Source: an uncultured bacterium
Lineage (GTDB): Bacteria; Bacteroidota; Ignavibacteria; Kapaibacteriales; UBA2268
Length of the DNA: 64,000 bases
Direction of reading: 5' to 3'
NCBI GenBank assembly: GCA_942490685.1
Contig: CALNXW010000016.1
Coordinates: 3,197,166 to 3,261,165 of the forward strand
Shown: piece after piece, positions 1-8,861 of the stretch
How the letters are laid out: each line of letters opens with the position of its first letter
Numbering within the stretch: the first letter of the stretch is position 1
The notes under the pieces: generated by a model
What the model was told of the DNA's origin: nothing
The model's database searches: none
Seen by the model: only the letters and a program-made list of their open reading frames with translations
Program-made: the position numbers and the translations under genes

Positions 1-357
1 GGAAAAAAGGTGAGTTCAATCAGCAAAGAAGCCTTGGCAGAATTGATAAACTATAATTTCCCTGGAAATATAAGAGAGTTACAAAATATTATACAAAGAG
101 CTGTTGTGCTTTCAAGAGACAATATGGTCAAGATTCAAGATTTACCTGAAGAGATAAATGGATATGCAAATTCAGAAAGCAAGGATTGTGACCATTTAAC
201 ACTTGGCAATCTAAATCTAAAAGTAGAAAATCTGGAGAAATCACTCATCAGAAAAGCACTTGCAGAATCAGGCGGAAACCAGGTAAAAGCTGCTGAATTG
301 CTGGAAATATCAGAAAGAACTCTTAGATATAAAATTTCTAAATATAAAATAAAATAG
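1..357 (+). CDS. C-terminal fragment of a sigma-54-dependent transcriptional activator (AAA+ C-terminus plus Fis-type HTH); the 5' end lies outside the window
   Basis: The reading frame is open from position 1. The translation has the conserved ...GNIRELQNIIQRAVVL... motif and a C-terminal Fis-like HTH (KVKAAELLEISERTLRYKISKYKI). Confidence 0.75.
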   Translation, partial: GKKVSSISKEALAELINYNFPGNIRELQNIIQRAVVLSRDNMVKIQDLPEEINGYANSESKDCDHLTLGNLNLKVENLEKSLIRKALAESGGNQVKAAELLEISERTLRYKISKYKIK

Positions 358-364
358 TATAATA

Positions 365-398
365 AAAGAGACTCCGAGGGTAGAGGGAGTCTCTTTTG
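365..398. terminator. Rho-independent terminator (bidirectional hairpin)
   Basis: AAAGAGACTCC-gagggtagag-GGAGTCTCTTT stem, followed by TTTT on + and preceded by an A-run usable from the minus strand. It lies between the convergent regulator fragment and hsp20. Confidence 0.6.
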
Positions 399-481
399 AT
401 TAAATTCCCGAACACTTATCGTGTACGACCTTTCCTTTTAAATACCATTTCCATTGCGCATTTTGCTAAGGGTCGGAAAAT

Positions 482-934
482 TTAGTCTATAGTTATTTCT
501 TTTTCGTTCGGTTTTTCCGGTTCTTTCTTCAGTATTTCCAGGTTCAACACACCATTTTCATATTTTGCCTTAATGCTTTCTTTGTCAACATTGTCCGGCA
601 AGATAAATGAGCGCGTAAAACTGCCGTAAGATCTTTCCGAGCGAACAAGTCGCTTATTATCTTCGCCTTCCTTCTCTTCAAATATTCTATGCTTTTCACC
701 AGAGATAATAAGCATGTTTTCGTCGTTTACTTTTACCTTTACATCTTCTTTCGCTATTCCGGGTAGTTCCGCAGAAATCCAATATCTATCTGCCTCTTCG
801 TGTACATCAATTTTAGGCATCCATACTGATGTATTAAACACCATACTTCTCTTGTTAAATCCGTCCATCCATCTGTCCATTCTGCGGATTACACTATCTA
901 CACCGGTAAATGGATCATATTTTACTAAAGTCAT
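482..934 (-). CDS. Small heat-shock protein, Hsp20/alpha-crystallin family (copy 1 of 3)
   Basis: 150 aa with an alpha-crystallin domain pattern (AELPGI..KEDVKV..ENMLIISGEK..YGSFTRSFILP..I.A.YENGVL). GGAGGTG RBS upstream. Confidence 0.9.
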   Translation of the reverse strand: MTLVKYDPFTGVDSVIRRMDRWMDGFNKRSMVFNTSVWMPKIDVHEEADRYWISAELPGIAKEDVKVKVNDENMLIISGEKHRIFEEKEGEDNKRLVRSERSYGSFTRSFILPDNVDKESIKAKYENGVLNLEILKKEPEKPNEKEITID

Positions 935-1020
935 AATACACCTCCGATTTGTTAGTTAAACTAAACTATTTGGTCAATTTGTTTTTGGGTAAAAAGCTTA
1001 AGATTCTTTATTCCTTACTG

Positions 1021-1039
1021 TTGTTCGAGACTCGAACAA
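1021..1039. promoter_or_regulatory. Perfect 8-3-8 palindrome TTGTTCGAG-ACT-CGAACAA between hsp20 copies 1 and 2
   Basis: Seen directly. It lies 20 bp downstream of the hsp20-2 stop and about 100 bp upstream of the hsp20-1 start. No U-tract follows on either strand, so an operator is more likely than a terminator. Confidence 0.4.
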
Positions 1040-1058
1040 AATACAATCAATTCATTTT

Positions 1059-1508
1059 TTAGTCTATCGATACTTCGACTTCTTTTGGTTTTACCGGCTC
1101 TTTTTTGTCCAGAGAAATATTAAGCACTCCGTTATCATACTTAGCACTTATTGAGTCGGTATTGATATTATCCGGTAATTGGAAAGAGCGGGAAAACTCG
1201 CCGAAACTTCTTTCTGCTCTGATATAAGCTTTTTCCTTACACTCGTCAGTTTCTTCCTCGCATCTTTTCTTTTCGCCTTTGATAATTAGCACTTTTTCTT
1301 CATTAACAGTGATTTTTACCTGCTCTTTCGGAATACCGGGAAGCTCAGCAAAGAGCTTCAAAGTTTTTTCATCTTCAACGATGTCAATCGTAGGGGCAAA
1401 TGAACCATACTCTACTCTAAATCCTTTTTCCATATCATCAACTAATTGCCCCATTCTCTTGTTTATTCTTTCAAATCCTCTAAAAGGATCAAATCTTACT
1501 ACTGCCAT
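1059..1508 (-). CDS. Small heat-shock protein, Hsp20 family (copy 2 of 3)
   Basis: 149-aa paralogue of the neighbouring Hsp20s (AELPGIPKEQVKITVNEEKVLIIKGEK...FGEFSRSFQLP...A.YDNGVL). Confidence 0.9.
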   Translation of the reverse strand: MAVVRFDPFRGFERINKRMGQLVDDMEKGFRVEYGSFAPTIDIVEDEKTLKLFAELPGIPKEQVKITVNEEKVLIIKGEKKRCEEETDECKEKAYIRAERSFGEFSRSFQLPDNINTDSISAKYDNGVLNISLDKKEPVKPKEVEVSID

Positions 1509-1797
1509 TTTTTTATCTCCTATTTTTTTGCTTTGTTTGTTTTTTTATTGCTAAAATTTTTCTATCTGTCCTACCACCCTTTTCCATTCCATATTTCTTT
1601 CAATCAACCTATTCATCATACATCACTTCCTACGGAAGCTTGCCTTAAAAGGCCGGGTGGTGTTTTTTTTAAAGAAGAGTCCGGTGTCTCATTGCTATTA
1701 TTCTGTTTCTTTAATATATGGTGCTATGAAAACGCTCTGTTTTTTTGGTCGCATACCTAAGCTATGGGATTCGTTTTCACACCGGACTCTTTCTAAA

Positions 1798-2235
1798 CTA
1801 TTCGATTGTAATATTAATCTCTTTTGGTTCTTCAGGTTCTTTCTTGCTTAAAGTCAATTCTAAAAGACCGTGCTTAAAGGAAGCTTTAATATTTTCTAAA
1901 TCGATATCTTCTGGAAGAACAAATGATCTTGAAAATTCTCCAAAAGAACGTTCCATTCGAATTTGAGATTCGCCTTCTTTTAGTTCAGGCTTTTTCTTCT
2001 CGCCTTTAATAGTCATAATTCTTTCTTCATTCACCGATACTTTTACTTCCTCTTTTGCCAAGCCTGGAACTTCAGCATATACAACCACTTTGTTGTCGTA
2101 TTCAGTAATGTCAACTCTCGGATTAAATCCACCTTTTTCGAACACAAAGCCTTTTTCAGCTTCATTAGCAAAACTTTGCATTTTGCGAGACATATTTTCA
2201 AAATGTCTTACCGGGTCGAATTTGATCATTGTCAT
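1798..2235 (-). CDS. Small heat-shock protein, Hsp20 family (copy 3 of 3)
   Basis: 145-aa paralogue. It shares a near-identical approximately 35-nt 5' leader (AAACAAACAAAGCAAAAAAA..AGGAGAT) with copy 2. Confidence 0.9.
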   Translation of the reverse strand: MTMIKFDPVRHFENMSRKMQSFANEAEKGFVFEKGGFNPRVDITEYDNKVVVYAEVPGLAKEEVKVSVNEERIMTIKGEKKKPELKEGESQIRMERSFGEFSRSFVLPEDIDLENIKASFKHGLLELTLSKKEPEEPKEINITIE

Positions 2236-2326
2236 TTTAAATCTCCTTATATTTTTTTTGCTTTGTTTGTTTCAATTTCGCTTACGTAATAGTGTATTAA
2301 CAAAACCGTGCCAAAATCAAAACCAA

Positions 2327-2358
2327 GCCATTATGGCATTTATTAACGCCATTATGGC
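2327..2358. promoter_or_regulatory. Two copies of the palindrome GCCATTATGGC spaced 21 bp centre-to-centre, in the divergent hsp20-3 / permease promoter region
   Basis: Seen directly at 2327-2337 and 2348-2358. Each copy is itself a 5-1-5 inverted repeat. The spacing equals two helical turns, as expected for a dimeric regulator. Confidence 0.45.
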
Positions 2359-2554
2359 ATCTTGCTAAATCACCGGCGTCATTTTGGCAGATTTAAGTCT
2401 GTCATTATTGCATCTATTTGCGCAATTTTGTCACACGCCGCTATATTGACAACTATCATTGATCTATCTGAAGACATTCGTACTTTTGGAATATCAGAAA
2501 CATTCCTTATATTCGTCTATAGGATTTTAGTCAAGACTAAGATGGAATTTTGAT

Positions 2555-3871
2555 ATGATTGATTTATTATATGAAATATGGACTCTTTTCCTGGAAATGG
2601 CTCCATATATGATATTTGGGTTGTTTTTTGTCGGCATATTGCATTTGTTTTTTACAAAGGCATTAGTGCTAAAGCACATAGGAAGCAATAGCATCTCTTC
2701 AGTATTCAAAGCTGCAATTTTCGGTATTCCTTTGCCTTTGTGTTCATGTGGTGTTATACCTACAGCCGTTTATATGAAAAAAAATGGTGCAGCTAGCTCC
2801 GCCACAACTTCATTCCTGATATCAACTCCTCAAACCGGTATAGACTCTATAGTAGCCACATACGGAATGATGGGGTGGGTGTTTGCAATCTTCAGACCCG
2901 TTGCAGCACTGATTATGGGTCTTGCCGGTGGTATGGCTGTTTCTTTATTTGACAAACCAAATCAGAAGCTTGAAGAAAAACCTAAAGAAATGAGTGGTTT
3001 GTTTAATATCATGGATCAGACTAGCATACAAACAGAAAAAGATAAGAGCTGTGATGGAGATTCTTGCGGATGTGGCGATGAAAAAGAAGAGAAGCTTGAA
3101 GGAAATAAAATCAAGCGAATGTTTAATTATGCATTTGTCGATTTTTTGGATGATATATCTGTCCAATTTATAGTTGGTGTTATTATATCAGGCTTCATTG
3201 CATTTTTTATCCCTGATAATTTCTTTGAAAATGAAGCCTTAAATAGTGGCATTTTAGGTATGCTACTTATGATTCTTGTAGGGGTGCCAATGTATATCTG
3301 CGCCACTGCTTCAATTCCAATTGCAGTAGCACTTATGCTAAAAGGATTTTCGCCGGGAGTAGCGTTTGTCTTTTTAGCTGTAGGACCGGCTACAAATGCA
3401 GCAAGCTTAACAATTTTAGTAAACACTTTAGGCAAAAAGATTGTTAGCATATACTTGGGGTCAGTGATATTACTATCTATCCTCATGGGATATTTACTTG
3501 ATTATGTTTTTTCAGTATTAGATGTATCACCCCATTTAATGATAATGGATCATGAGCACGAGCTATTGAGTTATGAATTGAAGCTTGTATCAGGAATTGT
3601 ATTTGGATTGATGCTTTTAGCATCTGTTTATAGAAAATATTTTAAAAAGAAAACTCAGGTTACTGTTATGGAAAAAACGCAAGAATATACAGTAGAAGGG
3701 ATGTCATGTAATCACTGTAAGAATAATGTAGAAAATGCTCTTAAAGAATTGCCCGGTGTAGATTCGGCTGTAGTTAATTTAGCAGACAAAAAAGCCGTTG
3801 TTTCCGGGGATGTAGATAAAAAAGCAGTGATAGATGCAATTGAAAAAGTAGGATATAAGGTTGTTGAATAG
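2555..3871 (+). CDS. COG0701/DUF318-type two-CxC permease fused to a C-terminal heavy-metal-associated (HMA) domain
   Basis: Multi-TM protein with LPLCSCGVIP and a later membrane repeat, a Cys/Asp-rich loop (DKSCDGDSCGCGDEKEE) and a C-terminal GMSCNHCK ferredoxin-like HMA motif. Confidence 0.75.
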   Translation: MIDLLYEIWTLFLEMAPYMIFGLFFVGILHLFFTKALVLKHIGSNSISSVFKAAIFGIPLPLCSCGVIPTAVYMKKNGAASSATTSFLISTPQTGIDSIVATYGMMGWVFAIFRPVAALIMGLAGGMAVSLFDKPNQKLEEKPKEMSGLFNIMDQTSIQTEKDKSCDGDSCGCGDEKEEKLEGNKIKRMFNYAFVDFLDDISVQFIVGVIISGFIAFFIPDNFFENEALNSGILGMLLMILVGVPMYICATASIPIAVALMLKGFSPGVAFVFLAVGPATNAASLTILVNTLGKKIVSIYLGSVILLSILMGYLLDYVFSVLDVSPHLMIMDHEHELLSYELKLVSGIVFGLMLLASVYRKYFKKKTQVTVMEKTQEYTVEGMSCNHCKNNVENALKELPGVDSAVVNLADKKAVVSGDVDKKAVIDAIEKVGYKVVE

Positions 3872-3912
3872 ATATAGATAGCCCATAAAAACTGCTTGGA
3901 AACATACTCTAA

Positions 3913-3948
3913 CAAAAAAAAACCGTGGATTGTTCCACGGTTTTTTTA
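3913..3948. terminator. Bidirectional rho-independent terminator
   Basis: A-run, then CCGTGGA-ttgt-TCCACGG, then T7, between the convergent permease and atpC. Confidence 0.8.
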
Positions 3949-3970
3949 ATTATATCAGTAATTCATTTAT

Positions 3971-4387
3971 CTATTTCATGCGCTTTGCAGCATCTAAACA
4001 CATAGTTGCAAATTTAGCATCTTTCTTTGCATTATTCCGCTCAGTCTCTCCAAGTTCTTTATTACCGATAATATCTAATGCCTTGTCAATATCAATTTGG
4101 CATTTATCAGCTTCAACTTCAGACCCTGGGACTGCATTTTCAACTAAAACAGATACTTTGTTATTACTTATTTCAGTAAAACCTGTAGAACAGGCATACC
4201 ATAAATCATTACCATTTTCTTCTTGAATTTTGATAAGACCAACATCCAAAGAAGAAACTATAGGTGCGTGATTAAACAATACCTGAAATGGAGATTTAGA
4301 ACCCGGCAAAGAAACAGATTCAGCTCTACCGCTGTAAATCTTTGCTTGCGGAGTAACTATTTCGATATCTAATAATTTATCAGCCAT
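3971..4387 (-). CDS. atpC: F0F1 ATP synthase epsilon subunit
   Basis: 138 aa directly downstream of atpD. N-terminal beta-sandwich pattern (IVTPQ..IYSG.A.SV.LPG..G.F.VL.NHAP). Confidence 0.85.
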   Translation of the reverse strand: MADKLLDIEIVTPQAKIYSGRAESVSLPGSKSPFQVLFNHAPIVSSLDVGLIKIQEENGNDLWYACSTGFTEISNNKVSVLVENAVPGSEVEADKCQIDIDKALDIIGNKELGETERNNAKKDAKFATMCLDAAKRMK

Positions 4388-4399
4388 CAGATAAGTCTC

Positions 4400-5842
<1,443 letters not shown>

Positions 5843-6196
5843 TTAATTTTCAAAAGCACGATCAGAAATATCTACATATTGATCATTATAAATGGCTTAT
5901 CTTGGATAAATTAAGCAATTTTATGTATATAGACAAAACATTTAGTCTAAACAAAAAAAAGAAATTTAATTTACAAAAGCCCAACATTGTTCGATATTAA
6001 TGAACAGGTAGTTTACCTAGCTAGAGTAGTGCAGGGTGTACCAAAGTCAACTTTGATAAAACTTGCACTTTCTAAGATAGTATAAAACGTTTATAATGCT
6101 TATTATTTTACGACTCAGAGAGATTTATTATCTATGAAAAACGACATATATGCTTCAACATCAGAAGGCATAAGAAGTACTAAAATTCAATTAATA

Positions 6197-7570
6197 CTAT
6201 ATTTTCTTAACAAATCTAACACCAAAAGATCCATCTACACCATGGATGTGCGAAAATGTCTGTAACATTCCATCTTTGCAATATCTTTCAGGTAAGTAGT
6301 TCTCAGCTGAATCTAATTCAAAATCAGGATGTGACTCCAGAAACCATGCAGCCACTTCAGTATTCTCTTCCGGTTCTATTGTGCAGGTAGAATATACCAA
6401 AGCACCACCAGGCTTAACAAGTTGTGCTGCATTATTTAAAATAGATTTTTGAAGATTTACTATTTTTTTCAAATCATCAATATCTCTAGCCCATTTGATA
6501 TCCGGTTTCTTAGCAATAATACCAAATCCTGAACAAGGCGCATCACAGATGACCACATCTGCTTTTTCTTCCGATACGAAGTTTTCAGCATCCGCTTCCA
6601 GAGTTTCTATGATATCAAATCCGAGTCTTTCTTTTCCTTTCTCAATAATTGAGAGTTTTGATTCGTATTTATCACAAGAAATAACTCGCCCTTGATTTTT
6701 CATCATTTCAGCAATATAAAATGATTTACCTCCGGGTGCTGCACACAAATCATAAACAAGATCACCCGGTTTGGCATTGGTAAGTTTTGAAGCAAGGGTA
6801 GCACTTGGGTCTTGTATAGAAATCTTTCCTGTGTTATATAAGTCAGTCGAAGTTATATCAAACTTAGTATTATATAAATATAGAGAACACTCCATATCAG
6901 GTACTCTTTGATATTCCAGATTGTGCACATCGAAAAGCTCAAGGATATCATTTACATCTGCCTTTAAGGTGTTTACCCTTACTGAAACAGGAGGATGCTC
7001 ATTATTTCTTTCCAGAAGAGCATCTATATTCTCTTCTCCGAATCTTTCCATCCATCTTTTAACCATCCATTTTTGATGCGAATGCATAATGGCATAATAA
7101 TAAGTTCGGTCGTCTTCGATTTTCGGATATCGAATGTTATGGATATTTCGAGCAATATTTCTAAGTACCCCATTTACAATAGCTGCAGTTTTTTCACCTT
7201 GTATTCTTTTAACTATTTCCACAGATTCGAATATTGCAGCCGGGATAGGAATACGATCCATAAAAAGGATCTGATATAAACCAACCCTCATTGCATTCTT
7301 GATTATATTGAGACACTTTTGGTACTCACCGTGATAAAAACCGATTAAAATCCAATCAAGCTTCGCTTTCCATCTGACAATTCCATTTACAAGTTCTGTC
7401 AGTAATGCTTTGTCTCTAGGCTCTAAGCCCCCACTTCTCAATTCGTTATTAAGAAGTTTATCAATATAAGCATCACTTCGTTCGTACCTATTTAAAATCT
7501 TTACCGCTTTGTATCGTGCAGTCTTTTTATAACTACTTGGTGAATTATTTTGCTCGTTAGTTGTAACCAT
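6197..7570 (-). CDS. rsmB: 16S rRNA (cytosine967-C5)-methyltransferase RsmB/Sun (NusB-like N-terminus plus SAM methyltransferase)
   Basis: 457 aa with the methyltransferase motifs DLCAAPGGKS and DAPCSGFGIIAKKPDIKW. Confidence 0.85.
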   Translation of the reverse strand: MVTTNEQNNSPSSYKKTARYKAVKILNRYERSDAYIDKLLNNELRSGGLEPRDKALLTELVNGIVRWKAKLDWILIGFYHGEYQKCLNIIKNAMRVGLYQILFMDRIPIPAAIFESVEIVKRIQGEKTAAIVNGVLRNIARNIHNIRYPKIEDDRTYYYAIMHSHQKWMVKRWMERFGEENIDALLERNNEHPPVSVRVNTLKADVNDILELFDVHNLEYQRVPDMECSLYLYNTKFDITSTDLYNTGKISIQDPSATLASKLTNAKPGDLVYDLCAAPGGKSFYIAEMMKNQGRVISCDKYESKLSIIEKGKERLGFDIIETLEADAENFVSEEKADVVICDAPCSGFGIIAKKPDIKWARDIDDLKKIVNLQKSILNNAAQLVKPGGALVYSTCTIEPEENTEVAAWFLESHPDFELDSAENYLPERYCKDGMLQTFSHIHGVDGSFGVRFVKKI

Positions 7571-7679
7571 TTTTGAAGTTATTTGTATATTTATAAATAT
7601 GATTTCAAATCTAAATATTTTTGTGCAAAGATTTATACTTTGAGGTAAAAATAATAGTAATTACTTAACGGAAATAATT

Positions 7680-8474
7680 ATGCGTTTATTGTCTTTTATT
7701 ATAGCTTTTTTGTTAGTTGGAGATTTTCTTTTTGCTCAAGGTAGAGAAGATGTCGATTTGAAACTTACCCCACTAACAAGAAAAGACACAAGAGCTCAAA
7801 AGGATTATGGCTTTATTTTAGGTTTAGGCCAAAATGACCAGGGTGGGAAACAATATGTTTTATGCCCTGACTGCATTTTTGAAGGCGGAGCTGGTTTTTC
7901 ATTTTCTCTAGGAATGCTATATGAGCAGGAATTATTTAGAAATTTCCGCTTAGGTGGACAAGTTATTTACAACGACTTTAGTTTTACTTCAAGATTCAGT
8001 GTTGATGAAATTCATCAAGATCCGGAATCTGGCACATACATTCCAATAAAATTCTCTCACGAAGCAAGATTTACATTAAATTCTCTTACAGCTGCTCCAT
8101 ACATAAAATTCTACCCTTGGAATTTTATGTATTTCAGACTTGGAATGCCTATCGCATATATGTTCAATAACAATGTGAGACACGACAAAGATCTAGAAAG
8201 CAATAGCGTTACCATAGGTGGAATGGAATATAAAATTGAGGGCAACAACTCTACAGTTGAAGATGGTCCAATAACTAATTTTAATCAGTTACAATTATTC
8301 CTGTCTCCTGTTATCGGTTTTGATTTCAGGCTATCAAGAAATATGTATCTTTCACCACTTTTTGAATACTACATTCCGTTAACTGAACTTAGTCAATTTG
8401 GAGATGCTTCTAAAGTTCGCAACTGGAAATTAGTGTTTGAATTGAGAGTAGCTCTTAAAGAAAGTTCAAGGTAA
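7680..8474 (+). CDS. Hypothetical secreted or outer-membrane beta-barrel-like protein
   Basis: Signal peptide MRLLSFIIAFLLVGDFLFAQ. Alternating hydrophobic pattern and aromatic-rich C-terminus. No recognisable family. Confidence 0.5.
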   Translation: MRLLSFIIAFLLVGDFLFAQGREDVDLKLTPLTRKDTRAQKDYGFILGLGQNDQGGKQYVLCPDCIFEGGAGFSFSLGMLYEQELFRNFRLGGQVIYNDFSFTSRFSVDEIHQDPESGTYIPIKFSHEARFTLNSLTAAPYIKFYPWNFMYFRLGMPIAYMFNNNVRHDKDLESNSVTIGGMEYKIEGNNSTVEDGPITNFNQLQLFLSPVIGFDFRLSRNMYLSPLFEYYIPLTELSQFGDASKVRNWKLVFELRVALKESSR

Positions 8475-8861
8475 TTCTAATAAGACAGACAAAAAACTTG
8501 CCTATTAAGTAGTTATTATATAAATTAATTGAGATTAAAGTGCAAAGCACTGGCTATGCGCTTTTCTACTTATATATTCTTTACCTTATTTTTACTATTT
8601 TTTTTTTTTAGTGAAAATATTTATGTAAATTATACTAATAAGTATATAATATACTTTATGAAATATCTTTCTATAATCTAAGGAGTGTTGAATAGAGAAT
8701 TTGTTACGCATTTCAATTTTATTTTTATTCTTATGTTATGAGCTGTCTGCTAAGAGTCTGCTTATTATCAAATTCTGCAACACACCTGATTATTCTATAC
8801 TGAAACTTATAGTTGAAATAGATAATAATTTAAATATTAAAAACAAAATGGGTAGGAACTT

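Noticed and set aside
2236-2400. Sigma-54 (-24/-12) promoter in front of hsp20-3 (TTGGCACGGTTTTGTT)
   Set aside because: The GG is present, but the -12 element reads TGTT/TTGT, not TTGC. The GG-N10-GC spacing fails. No similar element is present before the other two hsp20 genes.
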